Translations under genes and position numbers: made by a program | Part shown: positions 9,997 to 20,115 of the stretch, piece after piece | How the letters are laid out: every line of letters starts with the position of its first letter | Position numbering within the stretch: the stretch's first letter is position 1 | Notes under the pieces: generated by a model | Seen by the model: the letters and a program-made list of their open reading frames with translations, nothing else | Told to the model about the DNA's origin: nothing | Databases searched by the model: none | DNA from: Candidatus Poribacteria bacterium | GTDB lineage: Bacteria; Poribacteria; WGA-4E; PCPOR2b | Assembly: GCA_965218095.1 (NCBI GenBank) | Contig: OZ244587.1 | Coordinates: 2,464,001 to 2,528,000 of the forward strand | Reading direction: 5' to 3' | Length of the DNA stretch: 64,000 bases

Positions 9997-12900
9997 TTAG
10001 CTGTGAGTCAACTGAGAAGGCAGCCCCTCAATAATCCGGGTCGATTCCACACTCACATAAACGATGCGCTCGATCGCCGCGACCAAATCGCGCGGGTCTT
10101 CAAACCAGCCGTTGGGGTCGTTGAGAATGCCGCTTTCCACCTCCCGCTTAATCCTGTAGCGGTCTCTGAACCAATCCAGAGGCGTTCTGCCGTTGACTAC
10201 ATACCGATGTGCTTCGGCTGGGATGCCGGTTAAGCGCACATGCTCATTGATGTTGAGCGTCGTTTTTGCGGGGGTAGCGAAACGCATTGTCTTCTCGGTC
10301 AACCGAAAATGATGCGGTTGCGGCTCTCCATCGTGAGCGAACACGAGGGAAAGCGGGTACTGTTCGCACGTCTCGTAACCAAGGTGGAGGGCTGCAAGTT
10401 CCTTCCCCGCTTCTGCGAAGGCGTGGAAATCCGGTGCGAACGGGATGCACGGTATCTCCCTCGACAAATTGTTTGCGAACTCCTCCCGATAGATTGGCGC
10501 GTTCAGAATACCATAAACGTAGTCGAAAATGTCATCCTTGCTAATCAGGTCACCGCCATAATGCTCGCGAAAGACACGCAACGCCGTGTCCGAGATGTTA
10601 TCAATACGCTCCGGTGCCGCGTCAATACCCTGTAACTCATTAGTAGCATCGGTGGTGTTCACAGGGTGCTGATAGCGGTATCGTGGGAAACACTGGCATG
10701 CCCCATTAAAACTATAGTCTGGCATTGTATCTGTCATAAGTGCGGAAAATGGCTTTTGGCTTCCGATACCGGGGACGCATATCACACGGTTTTCACTGGA
10801 ACCGCTTGGAAAGATCCGACCCATCTGGTGCTTTCTCTGTATGAAGATGTAGTTAGCATAACAATTTGTGGCGATGAATGGGCGGTACATAACCTTTCGG
10901 ATATAGTTATCATCGAATCTGGTTGCTTCCCGCCGCCTCAAACGGTCCATGAGTTCTCCTACCCACGTAACATTCTCCGTGTGGCGGCGTGCCACATCAT
11001 CCACTGTGAGTTCAGGATTCGCCTCAAATTCGGAAAGCGCGCCGAGATAATCCTGTGTCATTCGCTGCGCTCTATCTAAACAGGCATCGCGTGAGAAGTT
11101 GTAGATGTATGCGTCTCTGTTTGTTTTCACGCCTTGGGAATATAACCGAAATATTGCGTCATCCGCCCTGTTTGCCCTCGCGTCCGCCGATCCCATCGGA
11201 TAGAACTGCATGAATGCATCGCTACGCTGTTCTATCCAATCGTAATGCCTATCGGGTGCAATCTCCTGCCAATCGCAGAACCCTGAGATCGATACCGCCT
11301 CGCGCAGTGCAATCAATTTTTCCTCACGTTTGAGATAGTCACCAATATCTCGGTAGCGGATGCGGCATCCACTGTGGGCAGCGTTTGGGTTCTTGACCAA
11401 GATAGTAATAGCAACAGGTGCCCTTGACCCTGAACCGAACACCTTGCCCCCTTCACGACGGGACTGTTCGCCCTGAGTCCGCTGATTTCCACGCAGGTGC
11501 AGGACATAGATTGAACTGAACTCCTCTGCTAAACACGCACGAACCCCCGCATCAACGTTTCCATCAATCCAAGAACCGTTGGTGACAAAGGCGATAATTC
11601 CCTGCCCTTCAATCCGGTCCGATGCCCAGCGGATAGCCATCTTATATGTGTCGTAGAGATTCCTCTTATTCGTTGTCATTGTGTACACAAAATAGGTCTC
11701 TCTGATCCGCTCTTCAAGTTCTGGGCACTTTACATTCTGATTATCGTCTGTTCCTCTCTTCTGCCCTGACGACCAAGGCGGGTTACCAACGATGACCTGA
11801 ATCGGCAGATTCTGTTGACGCTCGGCGCGTGCGTTGTTGGCTGGGAGCAAGTCGAGTTGGAAAAGAGACGGGACTTCCTCATCGGTCTGTTTGTTCAGAT
11901 TGAATGTGTCGGTTAAGACTATACCGTTGAACGGCTCATAACCGCTGTCTACTCCGCACTTGCCGCGGTAGGCTTCTTCGATATTGACCGCCGCGATGTA
12001 GTAGGCGAGGAGAACAATCTCATTTGCATGTAACTCCTCATGGTATTTCCGCTCGAGATCGGAGGCTTGGATAAGATCAGATTGCAGCAGGCGTGCCAGA
12101 AAAACACCAGCGCCGGTAAATGGATCAAGGACATGTACCCCTTCGTCGCTCAAGTTCCTGCTGAACTCTTTCTGCAATACCTCCTCAGCACTGTGTAGGA
12201 TAAAGTCCACAACCTCGACAGGTGTATAGACGATGCCGAGTCGTTCCGCGTCTTTCTTCAGGGCGGTAGCGAAGAACTTCTCGTACAGTTCCAACAGTAC
12301 TCGTTGCCGTCCTTCGCTGTTATCAATACCACGGGCACGCATCCGAAACTTTCATAGAACCCGTCCAAATCTCGCGTTTCATCCTCCAGTCCAAAGTCTT
12401 TGAAATCGTCCCGCAGTTTGTCTAGTGCAATCGACACAGGATTGCCGGAGGCAAAATCGTAATCCTCGAACAGTGCCTCAAAAACGGGGCGGGTCAGGAT
12501 GTGTTGCGCCATCATATCAATTGCGTCGTTCCAAGTAACCGATGGATTTATTGCACCTTGCACCTCTGCGTGGAATGCGTTGAACCAATCGTGCAGCACA
12601 TCGTTGTCGGGATTATCCAGTAGATTTTCAATTCGGACAACAACTCGCTGGAAAATATCTGCAACATCCTTAGCCCAGCTCTCCCAGTATTTTCGGTCTC
12701 CGCACTTCTCCACAATCTTTGCATAAATGTCTTGGGGGGGGAATTGCAGCTAGCTCGAATGGGATCGGTGGTAGTAGCGGATCTGTCCCGTTTCCATTGC
12801 CGCCTCCATGCCCACCGATGAAGATCCGTTCCGACTGGGCATTATTGAGGTCTATTTTATTGATTTCAGCATTGAGCCTGTCGTCGTGGGAGCGGAGCGC

Positions 12901-14880
12901 ACGTAGGACATTCCACACCGCGGCGAAACGTTCATTGTTGTCTAGGGCATCGGCGGGATCTGTGCCGGGGGGGATTGCAACCGGCAGTATGATGTAGCCG
13001 TACTGCTTGCCCGGTGCTTTTCGCATGACGCGTCCCACCGCCTGAACGATGTCAACATGCGAGTTTCTTGGGGTCATAAAGAGCACTGCATCAAGTGCAG
13101 GCACGTCAATACCTTCGGAGAGACACCGTGCATTTGAAAGGATACGACAAGCGCCGGCGGTGCTGCCCTTTAACCATTCGATTCGGGTTTTTCGATCGAA
13201 TGCGTTATGTTGACCATCAACATGCTGCGTTTCGCATTGAAAATCAACCGGTTGTTGGTCTTCCGGCATCCGTTCAATGGCACTCTCAATCACTGGATTC
13301 CAATACTCTGCTAGGCGTTTTGAATTGATGATGGTATTGTTGAATGCGATAGCACGTGTCAGGGGTTCAATAGTCCCATCTTCATCGGACTTCCCTTCCG
13401 GGTTTTGTAGCGCCCGCCAAGAGCCAACGAACTTGGTCGCGTCGGTAATGTTGATTTCGCTTCCGCCCTTCCCGATATACCCTTGCAGTGCCGTGTCCGC
13501 ATCTGGCTCGTACATGGTAAAAATTACCACTCTGTAGTCGGACAGTAGGTCCTGCTCGACGGCTCTGGAGAAGGGGAGACGGTGAAACTCAGGCCCGTAG
13601 GTCTCCGGATCGTCCATTGAGAATACTTCGATGTCATGGCGCGCCGCCTTTGCTTTCGCGCCTTCCGTATAAAGCCGGGATGTCGCGGTCATGTAGAGCC
13701 GTTTCTTCACATGAATGCGGTCGGCGTTGTGCACAAGCACGAATGGAGATGTCTTGTCTTCAGACTGCTCAATGCCGGTGGTTCTGTGCGCCTCGTCGCA
13801 GAGAACGATGTCGAACGCCGGCGCGCCTTGCTCCTGCGCACTTTCGACAATGGGGAGTGAATGGTAGGTGCAGAAGACCACCGTCATCGCGTCCTCGTCT
13901 GTTTTCTGTAGCACTTCAGAGATCTTTAACGGGTCTGTGGTGACCGGGATTTCCAGTTCCTGAATAGGCACGTCCTCAGTCTTTCTTCCGGTGCTTGTAT
14001 CGGAGCAAATCCCGATATACCGATGCTGTACTCCCTGCTGCTCCGCCCATTCTCGCATCGCCTGCGAAAATAACCCGATAGACGGAACGAGATAGAGCAC
14101 CCGGCCGCTGATACCTGCAATCTCCTCAGCAATCCTCAGGGCGGTGAAGGTCTTGCCGGTGCCGCACGCCATGATCAGTTTGCCGCGATCGGACGTTTTG
14201 AAGCCGCTGACAACGTCATCAAACGCTTTTTGTTGATGATCTCTCAGCTTAAACCGCTCTATTCGGTAGTCTAGTTGTTCCGGCACCTCACGGTGCAGGT
14301 CGGGCCAATCGATCGGGCGGCTGGCAAGATGGCCATAGCCGATCACTTGAAAATTGGCTCCCAACGGCTCGATGGTTCTGCGCACATTCGGACCTAACTC
14401 AGCACCCGTATGGACGAGAATTCGCTTTGTAAACACCTCGGACGCTGAAGCAGCGACGAATGAATCAATCTGCGGCTTTGTAACCCGCGTGTCCTCCGCA
14501 AAGCATTTACACTGAATCGCACAGTATTCGCCGTCACTCTCTCGTGCAACGAGGTCAATTCCGGTATCGACACCGTCGTATTCTGTACGGAGTGCCGCCC
14601 ACTCTTTCCACAGATAGACATCGGTAAACCGCTCTTTGTAGAGGGGGTCTACAGAGAGATATTGCTTCATGAGTCGTTCAAACTCATCACCTATGAGGTA
14701 TTGGGAAGCAGCAGATTCGCGAAGTTGATTCAGGACACCTTGGAATCCGGTTGTTGTTTCCCCACTTCCCGTTTCCAAGCCGAGGTAAAGTTGCGGTGTT
14801 TCTGACATATCTGTCTCCTTGCGAAAGTGGGTAGTAGGTAGACACGGCATGCGCCGAATTTCGTGATGATACCCACCCAT
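9997..14880 (-). pseudogene. Type ISP (LlaGI/LlaBIII-like) restriction-modification enzyme split by two frameshifts
   Basis: Mrr-like nuclease DTGIDLV...AIQCK; helicase MACGTGKT, DEAHRTTG, CLSEGIDVPALD, QAVGRVMR; MTase LDPFTG, NPPW; TRD YRPF, YVVNGRTPLDW. +1 shift in G8 run 12734-12741, -1 shift near 12349. Confidence 0.9.
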
Positions 14881-15132
14881 GTGAAGAACCCGTGATACCC
14901 GATAGTGCGTAAAAAAGTCAAGTTTTTTACGGGTGACAAATTTGAGAGTGTAAACTTGTAGATAGATTTACGGTATAATTCTACTAACAGAAAGAAGGGC
15001 GGCAAATTAGATCCAGTTGTGGTCTGCTTTGACAGACCTCTGGAGATGTTCCCGCTATCAGCAGATGGCTTTATCTATCTTTACGTGAATACTCTCAATC
15101 TCCAAAAGGGCTAAGGTTTGAAAGATCCAATA

Positions 15133-16071
15133 CTACGCCTCGCGAGCAGATGCCAGAAACGCATCAACCTGCTTGGCAGTTGGCATAGATGGGGCAGCGC
15201 CAAGTACTGTAACGGCTAATGCGCCGGCGGCATTGGCAAAGGCGACAGCATCTCCAAATTTTTCGCCTCGTGCCAGCGCGACTGCGAGGGCACCACAAAA
15301 GGCGTCACCGGCTGCCGTCGTGTCAACGACGTTGACCGCGTATGCTGGAATGCGTTTTTTCAGTTCAAGGGTAAGCAATAGGATGCCCCGATCACCGAGC
15401 GTCAAAATCACAGCGGAGGTTCCTTTATTCAATAGAATTTTGGCAGCACGTTCCGCACCTGCCGAGTCAGAAACTTTGACATCCGAAAGTGCTTCGGTCT
15501 CCACTTCGTTTGGGGTAAGAATGTCCACCTGAGCCAGGAAGCTATCCGGCAATTCCTGCGCTGGGGCAGGGTTAAGGATGACCGTTGCATCATTAGATTT
15601 CGCGATTTCTGCGGCACGTTGGGAAGCGGAAATCGGTACTTCCAACTGCAAAAGGAGGACATCCGCGGCAGCAATTGCCTCTGAAGCACGTTCTATATCT
15701 TTAACGCTCAAACGCATATTGGCCTGTGGAACAATAACGATACTGTTGTCTCCATCGGTGTCGATCAGTATCGAAGCCACGCCCGTCCCTACTTCTGTGT
15801 CCCGGACGACAAAATCCGTGTGGATGCCCTCCTCGGCATGGGCGGACATCAGTGTGTCTCCAAAGAGATCCGTCCCCAACCGACCGATTATTGTCACGTC
15901 CGCCCCCAACCGTGCGGCAGCGATTGCCTGGTTGCTGCCTTTTCCCCCGATAAACATGCCGAATTCTTCCCCCATGAGCGTTTCTCCTTTTTGAGGGCGG
16001 CGCTCCGCTTTGACCACGAGGTCCATATTAAAACTTCCCACGACAACAACTTTCGGGTTCTGTTCGTTCAT
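15133..16071 (-). CDS. rbsK: Ribokinase
   Basis: VVVGSFNMDLV, GGKGSNQA, NPAPA, DTTAAGDAF. Confidence 0.92.
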   Translation of the reverse strand: MNEQNPKVVVVGSFNMDLVVKAERRPQKGETLMGEEFGMFIGGKGSNQAIAAARLGADVTIIGRLGTDLFGDTLMSAHAEEGIHTDFVVRDTEVGTGVASILIDTDGDNSIVIVPQANMRLSVKDIERASEAIAAADVLLLQLEVPISASQRAAEIAKSNDATVILNPAPAQELPDSFLAQVDILTPNEVETEALSDVKVSDSAGAERAAKILLNKGTSAVILTLGDRGILLLTLELKKRIPAYAVNVVDTTAAGDAFCGALAVALARGEKFGDAVAFANAAGALAVTVLGAAPSMPTAKQVDAFLASAREA

Positions 16072-16130
16072 ACCCGCCTCCTAAACCGCAGCGTCATCAG
16101 ATCTCCCCGACGAAAAGGAGAACTAGGTAG

Positions 16131-16160
16131 ATTATAGTCTGATCGGGTTACGTTTGTCAA
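16131..16160 (-). promoter_or_regulatory. Sigma70-type promoter for rbsK
   Basis: Perfect TTGACA-N18-TATAAT on the minus strand, about 60 nt upstream of the start. Confidence 0.65.
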
Positions 16161-16294
16161 CAGCGTTAAATATTCCCGTCTCTCCACGAGATGCGAAAAA
16201 ACGCTTGTCCCATGCAATTGATTATGATAGAATGAAATCGCGTCCGAGCCGGAACAGAAAAATGTTACAGATCAGGAATTTGGAGGACATCATA

Positions 16295-17665
16295 ATGAAT
16301 CTCATCGTCATTGTTTTGGATAGTTTTCGTCAAGATCACGTCAGCACTTATCACAAAGGCACACCTGCGTTTGAAGGGGTCCAGCCGTGTCAAACGCCAA
16401 ACATTGATCAGTTCTCGGAAGAGTGCATCGTTTTCGAGAACGCTTACCCGGAAGCCTTACCAACAATCCCAATCCGTACCCAACTGATGACGGGACAGCG
16501 GACGCTTCCGTATCGCCCCTGGCAGCCGTTAATCCCAGAGGATGTTGCAATCGTGCAGATCTTGAGCCAGGAGGGATACGTTTGTGGACTCATTTCAGAT
16601 ACCTATCATTACCGCGCGCCGGGTATGAACTTCCACCGCGACTTTCATTCCTACCGTTGGATTCGTGGACAGGAATATGATCCGTATGTATCCGCCCCTC
16701 TGGAGCGAGATCTCAACGACTATATCAACGAAAATTTCCCTGAAGAGTGGCGCAATCGAATCAGTCAGTTCTTGGCAAATACCGAACAGTTTACGGAGCC
16801 AAAAGATTGGTTTGCCTACAAGGTCGTGGATGAAGCAATCGAGTGGCTTGAGGATAATCGTCCGCATGATAAGATTTTCCTTTGGATCGATTCCTTCGAT
16901 CCACACGAACCGTGGGATCCACCTGGTGTGCGGGATACTTACACCGATCCGGATTACGATGGCCCCCGACTGATTATGCCAATGGGCGGCATGGCGAGCA
17001 ATTGGGCGAGCGATGAAGAAATCCAACACATTCAAGGACTTTACGCCGGTGAGGCAGCCTTTGTCGATGACTGCCTCAGTAGGCTATTCGACCGGCTGAA
17101 AGATCTCGGATACTACGACGATTCGCTTATTCTGTTGCTCGCAGATCACGGGCACCCCCTCGGCGATCACGGGAAATTCCTCAAGGGCGCAGATCGAATG
17201 TACAACGAACTCCTCAAAGTTCCGTTTATGGCGCGCCTGCCGAAGGGAGAAGGCGCACGTCGAACCGGTGCGATTGTGCAATTCCAAGACGTCCTCCCGA
17301 CACTGCTGGAGGCGCTCGAATTGGGAAATAATACCTCATCAATGCACGGTGATAGTTTCCTCGACGTTCTCAAGCGGGACAGCGACTCACACCGCGACGC
17401 GATTATTACGGGATACCATGAGGGGGCGGATCGGTGTATTCGGGATGCGACATGGAGCTATATCCAGCGCCCCGAAGGTGAGCCCGACGAGCTCTACAAC
17501 CTAATCAAGGACCCATGTGAGCGGAACAATCTCATCGACCAGCATCCGAATGATGCGATTCGCCTGGCATCGCAGTTTGGGAATTACTTCCGGCGGCACG
17601 GTAGGGCAACGGTCGTTAAGGGGATTCAGGGCAAGTATGAACTTGCCTCCGGCCGTGTGGAATAG
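16295..17665 (+). CDS. Sulfatase-like hydrolase (alkaline phosphatase superfamily)
   Basis: IVIVLDSFRQD, TPNID, PTIPIRTQLMTG, FDPHEPW, ADHG; RBS GGAGG before ATG 16295. Confidence 0.85.
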   Translation: MNLIVIVLDSFRQDHVSTYHKGTPAFEGVQPCQTPNIDQFSEECIVFENAYPEALPTIPIRTQLMTGQRTLPYRPWQPLIPEDVAIVQILSQEGYVCGLISDTYHYRAPGMNFHRDFHSYRWIRGQEYDPYVSAPLERDLNDYINENFPEEWRNRISQFLANTEQFTEPKDWFAYKVVDEAIEWLEDNRPHDKIFLWIDSFDPHEPWDPPGVRDTYTDPDYDGPRLIMPMGGMASNWASDEEIQHIQGLYAGEAAFVDDCLSRLFDRLKDLGYYDDSLILLLADHGHPLGDHGKFLKGADRMYNELLKVPFMARLPKGEGARRTGAIVQFQDVLPTLLEALELGNNTSSMHGDSFLDVLKRDSDSHRDAIITGYHEGADRCIRDATWSYIQRPEGEPDELYNLIKDPCERNNLIDQHPNDAIRLASQFGNYFRRHGRATVVKGIQGKYELASGRVE

Positions 17666-17830
17666 AACGAAAATCGGATAATTGGGTAAGGATGTGCGCT
17701 CATAAATGTGTTCAGGAGTTCAAATGCGTTCATTAATTCACGCGTTCATTTCAGCCATGCAATACGCATCGAATCTCCTTTACACTCAGCTTTTAGGACT
17801 TTGAAGGATAAATACTCGGGCAGTTGACCC

Positions 17831-17863
17831 AGACCTGACAGGTTTCAAAACCCTATCAGGTCT
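17831..17863. repeat. 33-bp REP-like palindrome, family A
   Basis: AGACCTGACAGGTTTCAAAACCCTATCAGGTCT; near-copy of 41367-41399. Confidence 0.75.
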
Positions 17864-17885
17864 ACATAAAATACAAGACAATCGC

Positions 17886-18728
17886 TTGCAATCTACAACT
17901 CACAATCCACAACGAGATCAAGCCCGCATTCCGGCGCCGCCATTCTATGGCTCAAGAATCGTCACCGATATTTCGTTGGAACAGGTATACAACTATATCA
18001 ACCCGGTGGTGCTATTCCGCGTACAGTGGCGGCACCGCCGTCAACCGGGCATGACCCAGCATGAATATGACCGGTTTATCGAGCGAGAAGTTGCACCGGT
18101 ATACCAGCATTATAAGAAACTGTGCGCCGATAATCACTGGCTGCGTCCACAGGTGGTATACGGCTACTTCCATGCGCAATCAGATGGCAACGATCTGATC
18201 ATTTACCACGCTGATGCCCAAACTGAATGGGTGCGTTTCACCTTTCCCCGTCAGACACACACCGAAGAACGGCGCTGCATTACCGATTACTTCGCTAGCA
18301 TTGATTCTATCCGAATGGATGTCGCTGCATTTCAAGTTATTACGGTTGGATCGACCATTACGGAAGTGGCGCAGGAATTTCTGGCTGCGGGGGATGACAG
18401 CGAATATTTACATCTACATGGGCTTGGTGTCGAGACGACAGAAGCATTGGCAGAATATGCCCATAGACAAATCCGCCTTGAACTTGGCATTGCTGAGGAA
18501 GACAGTCCATACATCCTCGATCTGTTTCATGGGAGCTATCAAGGGGTGCGTTTTAGTTTTGGGGATGCAGCCTGCCCAAACTTGGCAGAGCTCGCTAAAC
18601 TGTGGCGACTGCTTGAGCCGGAGCGAATCGGCGTTGAACTTTCGGAGGAATTCCAACTTGTGCCTGAGAATTCGACCGCCGTGATCATTGTGCATCATCC
18701 GGAGGCGAGGCTGTTCAACGTAAAATAA
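17886..18728 (+). CDS. Stand-alone B12-dependent methionine synthase activation domain (MetH C-terminus), possibly degenerate
   Basis: PAPPFYG, VVYGYF, FTFPRQ, LHGLGVETTEALAEY, YQGVRFSFG..ACPNL, LSEEFQLVPE, HHPEA. Confidence 0.8.
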   Translation: MQSTTHNPQRDQARIPAPPFYGSRIVTDISLEQVYNYINPVVLFRVQWRHRRQPGMTQHEYDRFIEREVAPVYQHYKKLCADNHWLRPQVVYGYFHAQSDGNDLIIYHADAQTEWVRFTFPRQTHTEERRCITDYFASIDSIRMDVAAFQVITVGSTITEVAQEFLAAGDDSEYLHLHGLGVETTEALAEYAHRQIRLELGIAEEDSPYILDLFHGSYQGVRFSFGDAACPNLAELAKLWRLLEPERIGVELSEEFQLVPENSTAVIIVHHPEARLFNVK

Positions 18729-18773
18729 CGAGAGTTGGTATCTATTGACAGGAGTCGAGGTCGTTGGATGGGA

Positions 18774-18842
18774 TATAGCACGGATTATCAGAATAAACGG
18801 TTTATTGTATCTGATCCGTTAATTCTGTGGATCTGTGCTATA
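18774..18842. mobile_element. Miniature inverted-repeat relic with TA ends (IS630-like)
   Basis: TATAGCACGGAT ... ATCTGTGCTATA (11/12 IR). Confidence 0.4.
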
Positions 18843-19070
18843 AACCGAATTGCCAGTCCCTTCCTATACGTCAACTGCTTATAGGTTCCAACTTGAGTTA
18901 AAATACGACTTGGAAGGTCGTGTCGTATAGTACGGCTCTCGCACTTTCACCTTAGGGAACACGCCATCGTTGAGTGGGCAAGCTGCCCACTTTACGGCAA
19001 AAAGCATTGATACCTATCCTAATTAAAATAATATGCAGCACGCAATACGCAATACATTTATGGAGAAACC

Positions 19071-19961
19071 ATGAGAACATCTCACAGATACTTAGATCCC
19101 GTAGCCCTTTCCCGGCTTGGCGGCATGGAGCTCGTTGCCCGTCTCGTCGTGGAAGGTTTTATCACAGGTCTGCACAAAAGCCCATACCAGGGTTTCAGCG
19201 TTGAATTTGCCGAACACCGGCAATACATGCCCGGCGACGAAATCCGATATATTGATTGGAAGGTGTACGGCAAATCAGACCGTTACTATATCAAAAAGTT
19301 TGAGGAGGAAACCAACCTCCGCGCCTATATCTTGCTCGATGCCAGCGGATCAATGAACTACAAATATGACGACGAAGGCATTACCAAATTTGAATACGGC
19401 TGTTATCTCGCCGCATCGCTGACCTACCTCATGCTCAAGCAGCGGGACTCCGTTGGCTTGGCAGTCTTTGACACACACATCAGGGAGTACATCCCACCGC
19501 GTGGCGCCGCGACCCACCTGCATGCGATCATGTCGACGTTAGAACAGGTTCAGCCGGGGAACGAAACGAGTATCAGCACAATCTTTAACGAACTTGCCAA
19601 ACGGATTATTCGTCGCGGATTGGTCATCGTGATCTCCGACTTGCTGGATGAGCCGTCCGAGGTGCTTTCTGCCCTCAAGCATTTTCGCCATTGCAAGCAC
19701 GAAGTCATCGTTTTTCATCTGCTCGATAAAGCTGAAATGACATTTCCATTTGAGGGACCGGTTGTTTTCCGCGATATGGAGAACGACCACACGCTCCCAA
19801 CGCAGGCAGAGGCGCTCAAAGCCGGCTATCTCGAACAATTAAATGCGTTCATTCAAGACTATCGCCGGGGATGCGGCGCAAGCTTGATTGACTATGTGCA
19901 AATCGACACGGCGACGCCATTTGATTATGCCCTGTCGTCATATCTTTCACGAAGAAGGTGA
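19071..19961 (+). CDS. DUF58 domain protein (MoxR-associated, vWA-like)
   Basis: GLHKSPYQGFSVEFAEHRQYMPGDEIRYIDWK, FEEET, DASGSM, ISD. Confidence 0.92.
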   Translation: MRTSHRYLDPVALSRLGGMELVARLVVEGFITGLHKSPYQGFSVEFAEHRQYMPGDEIRYIDWKVYGKSDRYYIKKFEEETNLRAYILLDASGSMNYKYDDEGITKFEYGCYLAASLTYLMLKQRDSVGLAVFDTHIREYIPPRGAATHLHAIMSTLEQVQPGNETSISTIFNELAKRIIRRGLVIVISDLLDEPSEVLSALKHFRHCKHEVIVFHLLDKAEMTFPFEGPVVFRDMENDHTLPTQAEALKAGYLEQLNAFIQDYRRGCGASLIDYVQIDTATPFDYALSSYLSRRR

Positions 19962-19979
19962 ACGGTCGTGTTTATGCTA

Positions 19980-20012
19980 AACCTTCCAAAGGTTTCAAAC
20001 CTTCGGAAGGTT
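19980..20012. repeat. 33-bp REP-like palindrome, family A variant
   Basis: AACCTTCCAAAGGTTTCAAACCTTCGGAAGGTT just downstream of the DUF58 stop. Confidence 0.7.
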
Positions 20013-20115
20013 CACGGTTTTCGGGAGTGGGTCGAAACTTACGCCGTGATGCAGTAGTCTGCTCTTCGGAACGCGATTAAACTCACCATAAAGTTGGCAG
20101 AAGGAGAAATGTGTT

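Noticed and set aside
17690-17760. Recurring GTTCA words suggesting a CRISPR or iteron array
   Set aside because: Units are too short and irregular, with no repeat-spacer structure and no cas genes in the window
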